A stretch of 55,376 bases of DNA from Candidatus Nomurabacteria bacterium GW2011_GWC2_42_20 (GTDB lineage: Bacteria > Patescibacteriota > Minisyncoccia > Phycocordibacterales > UBA1550): assembly GCA_000998425.1 (NCBI GenBank), contig LCDG01000006.1:1-55376 (forward strand), given 5' to 3'. This document shows positions 18,669-26,886 of this stretch, piece after piece; position 1 is the first letter of the stretch; the number at the start of each line of letters is the position of its first letter. The notes beneath the pieces were generated by a model. It saw nothing but the letters and a program-made list of their open reading frames with translations, had not been told where the DNA came from and did no database searches. Position numbers and translations under genes: made by a program.

Positions 18669-19256
18669 TTATGCTTTTACTCCAGCTCGTGCGGGGAACT
18701 CATATATAAATTTCAAAAGCATTTCTAGGAAGGTCATTATCTCCTCTGCATCTTCTTTTTTCTTAATGACTATTTCATGATTTGCTTCGTTTCCGTGAGA
18801 ACGAATTTTATCAACCCATTCTTTGCTGTTAGGCGGAGCATAGTGGTTGTCTACAAGATAATTAACATACTCAAGGAACGACAACCCTTCCTTTGCGCCC
18901 TGAGCAACACCAATGTGCATCAAAAGTTTTCTTCCGGTTAACACAGCAGAGGAGTATGCTCCATGACTTGTCGATTCTCTAATTTCTGACCAAATAGTCT
19001 CTATTTCAGTTGGCAAGTTTTTCACAACGTTTCCCAATGAGACTCCTGGAACTTGAGTACCAGTTTCGAGATCAAAAAAAGTCGGACGTTTACAAAATGG
19101 GCATATTTGAATAAGGCCATCGATAGCCCCATTGTCATTTCTTTGATGAAACCAGCCTTTTTCCGAACCGATATCTTTCCCGCAAGCCGAATAACCACAT
19201 GTGTAGTTTTTTGCTGTCATTTCTACTACGTTCTGCCAATTTTTTTGTGCCTGCAT
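18669..19256 (-). CDS. DUF4145-domain protein (HEPN-like) with N-terminal zinc ribbon
   Basis: CGYSAC...CPFC; SAVLTGRKLLM...IRSHGNEANH...FLEMLLKFIYEFP. Confidence 0.8.
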   Translation of the reverse strand: MQAQKNWQNVVEMTAKNYTCGYSACGKDIGSEKGWFHQRNDNGAIDGLIQICPFCKRPTFFDLETGTQVPGVSLGNVVKNLPTEIETIWSEIRESTSHGAYSSAVLTGRKLLMHIGVAQGAKEGLSFLEYVNYLVDNHYAPPNSKEWVDKIRSHGNEANHEIVIKKKEDAEEIMTFLEMLLKFIYEFPARAGVKA

Positions 19257-19319
19257 TTCTTACTTATACCACAGAATATAGTGTTTTGGAATTAAGGGGT
19301 TTAGGTGTAGTGTGAAAAT

Positions 19320-19742
19320 ATGGACCCCCAAAATACACGCCCTTGGTATCAAAAGAAGCGATACCTGATCCCGGTTGGAGTAGTTGTCTTGATGACCTTG
19401 TCAGATGGCAGTAATACACCACAGAATCAGCCTACACAAGGGGTAACTCCTGCGACATACCAAACAGAGGTGCATGCGAATACGACCTCGCAAAGTCCAC
19501 AACCGCCTGCTTCTTCCGAAAGTATTACGCAGAAAAGCGTCGTTCCGTCTACGTATACTAGCCCAGGGTTATCAAATGATAATTACTATACAAACAGCGC
19601 GGGGAACGAAGTACATTCTCCCGCTTATTCAAATACAGTTCCAGATGGAGCTTCTGCTCAGTGTCGTGATGGCACGTACAGTTTTAGTCAGTCACGGCGT
19701 GGCACTTGCTCGCATCATGGTGGTGTCTCTGTGTGGTTATAG
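19320..19742 (+). CDS. DUF3761-domain surface protein
   Basis: PWYQKK + hydrophobic anchor, P/T/S-rich linker, ASAQCRDGTYSFSQSRRGTCSHHGGV. Confidence 0.85.
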   Translation: MDPQNTRPWYQKKRYLIPVGVVVLMTLSDGSNTPQNQPTQGVTPATYQTEVHANTTSQSPQPPASSESITQKSVVPSTYTSPGLSNDNYYTNSAGNEVHSPAYSNTVPDGASAQCRDGTYSFSQSRRGTCSHHGGVSVWL

Positions 19743-19747
19743 TTAAA

Positions 19748-20368
19748 CTATTCTTTCTGGTCATCTGGTAATCCTATTCGAGAAAGATAATTTGAAAATC
19801 TTTGAGATAGGCGCTCCCTATATAATTCACGTAAAGACCCAAGATAGGACTTGTGATAGTTCATCACAAGTGCCTCTAGTGGAATGGTATGAAAACGTTT
19901 AAAATCGATGATCATTTCGGGGAAAATTCGAGACGCATCATCTCCAAAGGCACTGAGATAGTGATATCTATGGTATCTTTCATTTAGAATTAGATGTTTA
20001 AGGGCGCTGGCTTGTCCCTTTTTCCCGTCAAAGTCGTTCATTTTTCTTTCCTCAATATGTTGACCCTCTAAAAACTTTTCATGAGGATATGCTGGGCAGA
20101 CAAGAATTGTATCTAATATCTTATCATCACTTTTTTTAGACAGAGCTTCATCTGTCCCTATTGCATCCAGCTGCAAGTTCTTCTTTAGTTGGTTATAGTG
20201 TTGAGAAAGATCACATGCCTGTGTTAAAACAACTGCGTATGGGAATGGGAACTGAATGAGAAGATCGCCATCATCTGAAGGTATCTTATACGAAAAAGAG
20301 AGGTCTCGAAAAATGTCACCTTGGCTAATCTCTGTATTTTTTGACTGAATGTAATGTTGAGATTCCAT
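19748..20368 (-). CDS. Hypothetical protein with MazF/PemK-like motif pattern (candidate toxin)
   Basis: QGDIF...AVVLTQACDL...ILVCP...IIDFKRFHTIP...YLGSL...RLSQRFSNYLSRIGLP; ATG at 20368 (TTG 20395 alternative); fold assignment is inference. Confidence 0.5.
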   Translation of the reverse strand: MESQHYIQSKNTEISQGDIFRDLSFSYKIPSDDGDLLIQFPFPYAVVLTQACDLSQHYNQLKKNLQLDAIGTDEALSKKSDDKILDTILVCPAYPHEKFLEGQHIEERKMNDFDGKKGQASALKHLILNERYHRYHYLSAFGDDASRIFPEMIIDFKRFHTIPLEALVMNYHKSYLGSLRELYRERLSQRFSNYLSRIGLPDDQKE

Positions 20369-20531
20369 TTGTGGATCTAATAACCGTTCTAACAATTTTT
20401 GATGATGGATACTGAATAGAATCTACCACAAATACCTCGTTTTTGGATACAGCTTCCTCTTTATAGGAACCAGTATTGATTATAAAGCTGTCATTTTCGT
20501 AGGATACTGTATTGTTAGTTTTTTTGTTCAT
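20325..20531 (-). CDS. Small 68-aa protein (candidate antitoxin)
   Basis: ATG 1 nt after the upstream stop; 3' end overlaps the start of the next gene. Confidence 0.55.
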   Translation of the reverse strand: MNKKTNNTVSYENDSFIINTGSYKEEAVSKNEVFVVDSIQYPSSKIVRTVIRSTNGISTLHSVKKYRD

Positions 20532-20532
20532 T

Positions 20533-21303
20533 TTATTTTTTCGACATTAGCTTTCTTAGCTCTGGCTTAATACTCATTTCAAATAGGTCCTGAATGAACA
20601 CATTGTAATTTCTCACTGTTTCAGCAATAACGTCTTCAGATGACAATGGGAATCTCGAGAAGCAATCATAGTCGAGAATAAACTCCTTCCTAGTGTTTTC
20701 GTTTGGGTGGTCTTGGTTCCATATACCATATCTGAACCTTAGGTCAGCTTCGTCGTATTTAAGATCAAGTTGAGTCATTGCTCGCGAAATCATCTTCTTA
20801 GTTTTTCCTCCAAATTTTACGGCACCGAGTAGGTTCTCTGCGATATAGTCAGACCAATTAAAGTTAGTCTTTATGAAATTTAAATCAACTCGATTGATGT
20901 AGCGCAAGCCCAATCTGTTGATTGTTGTAATATCAAATGTGCCTACAAAATCACGAATAACAGTATCGCAATCTTTCATCAATTCATTTTTGTCCTTGTA
21001 ACTTCTGTCTCCATACTCGATGATTATGAAATCACCCGAAATTGTCAATTTCTTTTTTCTTGTGGCGCTGAGGAATTCCCACACTTTAACGCTACTTGTA
21101 TCATTTTGAACAGAGTTCTTTTTAAGATCAAATTCCAATTTCCCCTTGATTGCATCTTTTTGTTCTTGAAAAGGGAAATCGCCTTTTATTTTTGTTGAAA
21201 ATGAAGATAAGTTTTTCAGCTCTATTTGCTCAAAGTCGAGCCTCAAAACAACCTTATCAAGAAAATTTTGTTTATAACTTGCCTTGTTTTTCTTCGTGTT
21301 CAT
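20533..21303 (-). CDS. TIGR04255-family protein
   Basis: YKQNFLDKVVLRLDF N-terminus, hallmark INRLGLRYINRV, FILDYDCF, LFEMSI C-terminal helix. Confidence 0.8.
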   Translation of the reverse strand: MNTKKNKASYKQNFLDKVVLRLDFEQIELKNLSSFSTKIKGDFPFQEQKDAIKGKLEFDLKKNSVQNDTSSVKVWEFLSATRKKKLTISGDFIIIEYGDRSYKDKNELMKDCDTVIRDFVGTFDITTINRLGLRYINRVDLNFIKTNFNWSDYIAENLLGAVKFGGKTKKMISRAMTQLDLKYDEADLRFRYGIWNQDHPNENTRKEFILDYDCFSRFPLSSEDVIAETVRNYNVFIQDLFEMSIKPELRKLMSKK

Positions 21304-21464
21304 ATCGTTGTGACCAGTATAACAGATTTATTATATAGTAGGCATCATTCCGTTGCTGTTTGCTTGTTACTATTGCATAAAATGGTGTAAAAATCTAGGT
21401 ATAACAAAAGTTATCCTTCCTACTTACAAGGCCATGTTGCAGCGATGTCTATCGTAGAAAGTTA

Positions 21465-21752
21465 CTATAAGCTGTCGTTTTTTAGTGAATGTTCTTCCTC
21501 AAGGGCTGTGATTGCCAATTTTTGGATTTTATTTTTTTCGTTCGTAATGTGTTTAATGTGTGCCTTTTCCTTAAAATGTTGTACAGCTACAGAAAGAAAG
21601 GATACCCCAAGAATTATACCGGTCAATAAGTAAAGTACATTTTGAACATTCAAAAAAAGATTGCCAGCATAATTCCACAGAAGAAGTGAGCCACCAAAAA
21701 GGATAACTAAAACAAATACACCCTCGAAGTCTTTATTGCTGTTTTTATTCAT
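21465..21752 (-). CDS. Small two-TM membrane protein, 95 aa
   Basis: GVFVLVILFGGSLLLW and VLYLLTGIILGVSFLSVAV, followed by a charged tail; ATG at 21752. Confidence 0.65.
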   Translation of the reverse strand: MNKNSNKDFEGVFVLVILFGGSLLLWNYAGNLFLNVQNVLYLLTGIILGVSFLSVAVQHFKEKAHIKHITNEKNKIQKLAITALEEEHSLKNDSL

Positions 21753-21776
21753 AAGTTTTGCGGGATTATATATTTG

Positions 21777-21900
21777 TGGCAAACAAAAAGCCCACCACAT
21801 GGTCAACGGCCGAAACCGTTCATATCGGTTTCCCGATATGGCCCGCAAAGACAACCCCATATGATGGGTTCTTTATGTCTTTGCGGGACTTCTTTTGCCA
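21777..21900 (-). ncRNA. Putative structured cloverleaf RNA (architecture reminiscent of phage c4/CI RNAs)
   Basis: Closing stem UGGCAAA/UUUGCCA enclosing a 12-bp hairpin, CAUAUCGG-GAAA-CCGAUAUG and AACGGU-UUCG-GCCGUU; tetraloops and G-U pairs indicate the minus strand. Confidence 0.65.
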
Positions 21901-21972
21901 TGCCGCCGATTTCTCGATGGTTTAGGCTACTTCTCTATTCAGTTGTGGTAAAATTGTAGCACAGAGCTGACT

Positions 21973-22722
21973 ATGTTTAAAGGACTTAAAAACGGAAAGA
22001 AGAAGGCATATGAGATTTATGATCGAGCGTGTTGGCGTGAGGGATTCAACGATGACCTCGCTGCTTTTAGGGGGAAATACGAAATTCCGAAACTAGATGA
22101 GGAGAAACAAAATAAAAAGGATATTGAAGATTTGCTTTTGAAGTATTTTGTATCAGCGATGGACAATCTGCACTCAATGCCTGTTGCAGGTGATGCAGAC
22201 AAGGGTCCAGGGCCACAATATCTTAAGGACCGAATCATGTTTCTCAACAAATATGGCTTTCCATCCGTTTCTTTTGGGGATGCAATGGACGCAATTTTAC
22301 TCGAAGAGGTGCCTGCATACCAACCATTCGAAGTGTCTGCTGTTTCGGAAGTTACCTTGTTGGAAAATGCTGGGGCGCAACTTTGTCTACAGGTTGACGC
22401 TCTTGCAAGTAGAGATGAGACTCTCGAATATATAAGAAAAAACTGGGGTGCTATGCAAAAACTTCTTCTCGGGATGGTCCACAAAAGAAAGAGGGTCAAG
22501 ACGAGGGGCAACAGAGATCGAGACAAGCTTATCTATGATTACTATACATACTATAAAAAGCATCCCAAAGAATGGAAAGGTGCACACGCGTACCCTTTGC
22601 AAGCTGTCATTCAAAAACTTCTTGAAGATGGGTACCCTAGATTAAACATAGAAGCAATCAACCAGTCTTATCGAAGGGAAAAGAAACGCAGAGTGAAAGT
22701 CGGGCGTAAACAGACTGGTTAA
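21973..22722 (+). CDS. Hypothetical protein, basic C-terminus, possibly DNA-binding
   Basis: 249-aa ORF preceded by TGgTAAAAT (21946-21954); no family recognised. Confidence 0.6.
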   Translation: MFKGLKNGKKKAYEIYDRACWREGFNDDLAAFRGKYEIPKLDEEKQNKKDIEDLLLKYFVSAMDNLHSMPVAGDADKGPGPQYLKDRIMFLNKYGFPSVSFGDAMDAILLEEVPAYQPFEVSAVSEVTLLENAGAQLCLQVDALASRDETLEYIRKNWGAMQKLLLGMVHKRKRVKTRGNRDRDKLIYDYYTYYKKHPKEWKGAHAYPLQAVIQKLLEDGYPRLNIEAINQSYRREKKRRVKVGRKQTG

Positions 22723-22784
22723 GTGTCTCTAATTTCTCGCTTGTTTTTAAAGATACTGTGATCATACCAATCACGGTATTTTTT

Positions 22785-22958
22785 ATGTCTGAGCTGGTCA
22801 AAACAAACGAAAACATTTTAGATCGAGATATTGTCTCGTTCTTTGATTTGCTTGCTCGTTTTGATTATGAGGACAAACAAAAAGAAGGGTCGTTGTTCAA
22901 TTCTGGCTCCTCAGTCTCAGCTCCTGAGGGGTCGGAATTGGACAAAGATAATAAATAA
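22785..22958 (+). CDS. Small hypothetical protein of the mobile element
   Basis: 57 aa with helix IVSFFDLLARFDYED; stop 4 nt before the rep-like ATG. Confidence 0.5.
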   Translation: MSELVKTNENILDRDIVSFFDLLARFDYEDKQKEGSLFNSGSSVSAPEGSELDKDNK

Positions 22959-22962
22959 AATC

Positions 22963-23469
22963 ATGACAGAGCTGAAAGATGGACACTGGTTCGCAGTTGA
23001 TAATAAATTTATTGATTCTTATGCGTCTCATTTTAGCCCTGCTACAATTGCAGTATATGTTGCTATCTTGAGGTTTAGATTTGGTAGTACAGATAGGGCC
23101 CGCATCTCGCAGGATTCTTTATCTAAAAAACTGGGAATTAGCCGAGAAGCTGTTGGTAGAGTTTTAAAAACTTTAGTTGCTCATTCTCTTTTGCGGGTTG
23201 AGAAAATTAAACGGAATAACGGTACATGGTCTTACAATGAATATCTTGTAATTGATGAGAAGTACTGGCTTCCACCATGTGACCCTATATCACACGGGGT
23301 CGAATTAAGACCATGTGATATTTGTGCAAAAAACCATGAGACCTATCATCACACTAAAAAGACTAAATACAAAAAGACTAATAAATATAGGAATGATTTC
23401 CTTTTGGAAAACAGAAGAGAACTCGCTGCTGGCTTCAAAATGGGCAAAAGGAACACTGGTTATGGATAA
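22963..23469 (+). CDS. Helix-turn-helix replication-initiator-like protein
   Basis: WFAVDN...IAVYVAI...ISQDSLSKKLGISREAVGRVLKTLV...NEY winged-HTH pattern, followed by an iteron-bearing linker. Confidence 0.7.
   Translation: MTELKDGHWFAVDNKFIDSYASHFSPATIAVYVAILRFRFGSTDRARISQDSLSKKLGISREAVGRVLKTLVAHSLLRVEKIKRNNGTWSYNEYLVIDEKYWLPPCDPISHGVELRPCDICAKNHETYHHTKKTKYKKTNKYRNDFLLENRRELAAGFKMGKRNTGYG
23274..23381. repeat. Iteron-like repeats plus A-rich repeats (putative replication origin)
   Basis: accatgtga at 23274 and 23310, accatgaga at 23333; aaaaagactaa at 23356 and 23371. Confidence 0.6.
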
Positions 23470-23644
23470 ACGTAAGTGCTGGCAAAGGTTTGCATTTTGT
23501 AACATACCGTGGCATTTATCGGAGGGATGTTGTGTTAGCAAATGTTAGCTTTTCCTAGGGGGGGGTAGTTTGTTGGCAAAGGTTGACATTTTTAATGAGT
23601 GTACCGTTTTTAGAAAAGGTTATTTTAAGTTAAAATATAAACAT

Positions 23645-25195
23645 ATGAAATCTATAATTTATTGCCGTGTCTCATCTCGAGAGCAAGAAGAAACAGGATA
23701 TTCGTTGGAATCTCAGGAGAAGTTTTTGAAAGAATACGCGGATAAGCAAGCTTTTGCTATAGCAAAAGCTTATAAGGTCACCGAGTCAGCAAGTAAATGG
23801 CAAATTCGCACAACCCTAAAGGAGATGCTTGAATATGCGGAGGAAAACAATATCAATGTTATTCTCGTTGAAAAGATTGACCGCTTAACTCGTAGTCTCA
23901 AGGATGCGGCAATTGTTAATGATTGGGTTCACCAAAGAGGTGAACGAGAGGTTCATTTTACTAAAGAGAATTTTGTTCTAAGTAAAAATACCCGGTCTCA
24001 CGAAAACTTGGTTTGGGATATGAAAGTTGCCATCGCTCGTTTCTATACGAACAATCTCTCAGAAGAAGTAAGGAAGGGCCAGAAGGAAAAAATTGCACAA
24101 GGATGGCTTCCAACAAAGCCTCCACTTGGGTACAAGACGGTTGGAGAAAAAGGTCACAAGATTCATGTTGTTGATGAGGATAAAGCGCCCTTTATTAAAA
24201 AAGCATTTGAACTTTATGCAACCGGCAACTTCTCTCTTTTGTCATTGCGCGAAAAACTTTATACCGATGGCTTGCGCACGCGAGTGGGAGCAAAGCTTTC
24301 AAAGAGTCGCCTTGAGGATATTCTGAGGGACCCATTTTACTGCGGTTCTATGCGATGGAATGATGTCGTGTATCAACACGGAAGACATGAGCCCCTTGTC
24401 TCAAAGGATCTCTTTGAGAAGGTTCAGTATTCTCTAACCCGCAAAAGTGCGCCACACTATCGACGACATCTCTTTCAATTCAGCAAGATGATTAACTGTG
24501 GCGAGTGTAATGGTACCGTGAGCGCGGAAATGCAAAAAGGTTATGTGTACTATTCGTGCAAGCATGCCCGAGGATGCAATCAAAAAGGGATGACACGAGA
24601 AGAGAAAATCGAGAATGCCATTATCGGGGTATTCAAGATTTTTGAGAGCATGACGGAGGAAGAGGCTCAGGAAATTTACCGTAGAATTAGAGAGGACCAC
24701 AAAGCAGAGGCTGACTACAAGGAAAGCGCCATTAAGACCCTTAACGACCGTTACAGCTCACTACAGAGGCGTTTAGATATACTTTACGATGATCGTTTGG
24801 CAGAGAAAATAAGCCAGGAGCGCTGGCAAGGTAAACAGGATGAGATGGTACGTGAACAAACCGAGATACAGGCTCAAATCGCTAAAATTAAGCGCGAGGA
24901 GACGAAGTATTTTGAAGTGTATATAAACATTCTTGACCTAGCGCGTCGTGCTCGAGAAATTTATGAAAAGCGAACACCGGAAGAGAAACGACTTTTAATT
25001 TCGCATCTTTTTTCGAACCTCGTCTTAAAAGACAAAGAAGCTAGTTATTTATTGAAGAAACCAGTCGAGCTGTTCGCAAAAAGAGTCCAAGAGAAGATTG
25101 ACTCTCAAAAGAAGTTCGAACTCGAGAAAAGCGTTGGTAATAAAAGAAAAAACAGGGCTTTTGACCCTGCTTCTTCACCTTTGCTCCGCGGGTAG
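23645..25195 (+). CDS. Large serine recombinase (resolvase + recombinase + zinc ribbon + coiled coil)
   Basis: YCRVSSREQ catalytic Ser, EKIDRLTR, PPLGY, CGECNG...YYSC; ATG at 23645; stop codon lies in the att core. Confidence 0.95.
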   Translation: MKSIIYCRVSSREQEETGYSLESQEKFLKEYADKQAFAIAKAYKVTESASKWQIRTTLKEMLEYAEENNINVILVEKIDRLTRSLKDAAIVNDWVHQRGEREVHFTKENFVLSKNTRSHENLVWDMKVAIARFYTNNLSEEVRKGQKEKIAQGWLPTKPPLGYKTVGEKGHKIHVVDEDKAPFIKKAFELYATGNFSLLSLREKLYTDGLRTRVGAKLSKSRLEDILRDPFYCGSMRWNDVVYQHGRHEPLVSKDLFEKVQYSLTRKSAPHYRRHLFQFSKMINCGECNGTVSAEMQKGYVYYSCKHARGCNQKGMTREEKIENAIIGVFKIFESMTEEEAQEIYRRIREDHKAEADYKESAIKTLNDRYSSLQRRLDILYDDRLAEKISQERWQGKQDEMVREQTEIQAQIAKIKREETKYFEVYINILDLARRAREIYEKRTPEEKRLLISHLFSNLVLKDKEASYLLKKPVELFAKRVQEKIDSQKKFELEKSVGNKRKNRAFDPASSPLLRG

Positions 25196-25255
25196 GGATC
25201 GAACCTACGACCAAGCGATTAACAGTCGCTTGCTCTACCACTGAGCTACCGCGGA
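25184..25255 (-). tRNA. tRNA-Asn (GTT), CCA not encoded
   Basis: TCCGCGGTAGCTCAGTGGTAGAGCAAGCGACTGTTAATCGCTTGGTCGTAGGTTCGATCCCTACCCGCGGAG folds as a cloverleaf. Confidence 0.97.
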
Positions 25256-25275
25256 ATTTTTAATTGTGTATCCTT

Positions 25276-25354
25276 GAACCTCAAACCTTCGTAACTCCAT
25301 CCGACTGTTAAACAGTCGCTTGGCTAATTTCTATTGTCACTGACCCACTGCGGA
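25276..25354 (-). pseudogene. Degenerate tRNA-Asn-like copy directly upstream of the tRNA
   Basis: TCCGCAGTGGGTCAGTG...TAGA...CAAGCGACTGTT aligns with the tRNA 5' half; AGGTTC also retained. Confidence 0.55.
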
Positions 25355-25449
25355 ATACAAAAAGTATCATACCAAAACTTGGGGAAATTGCAAAATTTTG
25401 ATATGATGCAAGCTTCCAAATCTATATTAAAATACAATCTTAATAAATT

Positions 25450-26883
25450 ATGAAAAAAACAAAAATCGTCGCTACGATAGGGCCAGCATCTGAGAGGGAG
25501 GAGATGCTGACAAGTCTTATAAAGGCAGGAATGAATGTTTGTCGTTTAAATTTTTCCCACGGGTCGCATGATGAGCATGCTGTGCGATTAAAAAATATTC
25601 GTACAGTGGCAGCAAGGCTAAATACACCGATTGCAATATTGCAGGATCTTTCTGGTCCAAAGATACGTATTGGCGATTTTTACCAAGAGCGTGTGATGCT
25701 AAAAAAAGGTAGTATTTTTACACTTACCACAAGGTCATGTATAGGAGATGAAGCTCACGCCTTTGTGAACTACAAGACTTTGCCAAAAGAAATCAAAAAA
25801 GGTGATTCAATACTTCTCGATGACGGTAAAAAAAGACTTGAGGTTCTCGGTGTAAAAGGGGATGAGATCAAGTGCCGCGTTATTGTTGGAGGGGAAACAA
25901 AGGGTCGTCGAGGTGTAAACCTTCCGGGTGTTGCGCTTAAAATTAGTTGTCTTACATCTAAGGATAAAAAAGATGTTATTTTTGGTATTGAAAACAAGGT
26001 TGACTACGTAGCGCTTTCGTTTGTGCGTCGGGCATCTGATATTCGTGAACTTCGCGCAATTCTTAGCAAGGCGAAATCAACTGCAATGATTATTGCAAAG
26101 ATTGAGACTGAGGAGGCTATTGATAACATAGATGCCATTATCGCTGAGGCAGACGGTGTAATGGTGGCGCGCGGGGATCTTGCTGTAGAGGTGCCAGCAG
26201 AGCAGGTCCCATTACTACAAAAAATGATGATAGAAAAATGCAACATTGCAGGCAAACCTATTATTGTTGCAACACAGATGATGGAGTCGATGATAAAGAG
26301 CCCTGTGCCAACACGAGCTGAGGTTTCCGATGTTGCAAACTCAATTTTAGATGGTGCAGATGCAGTAATGCTTTCAGAGGAGAGCGCGCTCGGTGAATAC
26401 CCAGTGGAAACAGTCTCGATGATGACACGCATCGCTATTAATGTGGAAAAAAAATATCCACACCACGAAGCTCTTTATGGAGATATTCTTACTTCTAAAG
26501 TAAACGCTAATGGCGAATACAAAAATGTAGCTGATTCAACCACGTTTGCAACCGTGAGCACTGCATCAAATGTTGGTGCTGTGGCAATAATAGCACTGAC
26601 TGAGTCTGGTTTTACTCCCCGAATGATCTCGCGATACCGTCCAATGCAGCCAATTATTGCTATGAGTGCGCGACGGCATGTAGTCGAGCAACTCGCGCTT
26701 TCGTTTGGTTGCTTCCCAGTCCTTGCAGAAAAATTAACGACAATAGAGGATGTTATAAAAGAAGTTCGTTCATTTGTAACTTCCCACAAATTTGCAAAAA
26801 AGGGAGATCGGGTGGTAATTGCCGCAGGAGTCCCTTTTGGGCGAACTGGTGGCACAAACATGCTTTTAGTAGAAGTTATATAA
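25450..26883 (+). CDS. pyk: Pyruvate kinase
   Basis: TKIVATIGPAS, RLNFSHG, IIAKIE, MVARGDL, DGADAVMLSEES. Confidence 0.98.
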   Translation: MKKTKIVATIGPASEREEMLTSLIKAGMNVCRLNFSHGSHDEHAVRLKNIRTVAARLNTPIAILQDLSGPKIRIGDFYQERVMLKKGSIFTLTTRSCIGDEAHAFVNYKTLPKEIKKGDSILLDDGKKRLEVLGVKGDEIKCRVIVGGETKGRRGVNLPGVALKISCLTSKDKKDVIFGIENKVDYVALSFVRRASDIRELRAILSKAKSTAMIIAKIETEEAIDNIDAIIAEADGVMVARGDLAVEVPAEQVPLLQKMMIEKCNIAGKPIIVATQMMESMIKSPVPTRAEVSDVANSILDGADAVMLSEESALGEYPVETVSMMTRIAINVEKKYPHHEALYGDILTSKVNANGEYKNVADSTTFATVSTASNVGAVAIIALTESGFTPRMISRYRPMQPIIAMSARRHVVEQLALSFGCFPVLAEKLTTIEDVIKEVRSFVTSHKFAKKGDRVVIAAGVPFGRTGGTNMLLVEVI

Positions 26884-26886
26884 ATT

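Larger units (their letters stand above)
18435..25196. mobile_element. Integrative element (~6.8 kb) at the tRNA-Asn 3' end, driven by a serine recombinase
   Basis: 15-bp direct repeat tgctccgcgggtagg at both ends, recombinase abutting the tRNA, rep-like gene and accessory cargo inside. Confidence 0.9.

Noticed and set aside
21753-21959. ORF 21774-21959(+) and the N-terminal extension of 21465-21860(-)
   Set aside because: Both overlie the structured RNA, and the membrane protein has a better ATG at 21752.
18435-25196. Complete prophage or conjugative element
   Set aside because: No terminase, capsid, tail, relaxase or T4SS genes lie between the att sites.
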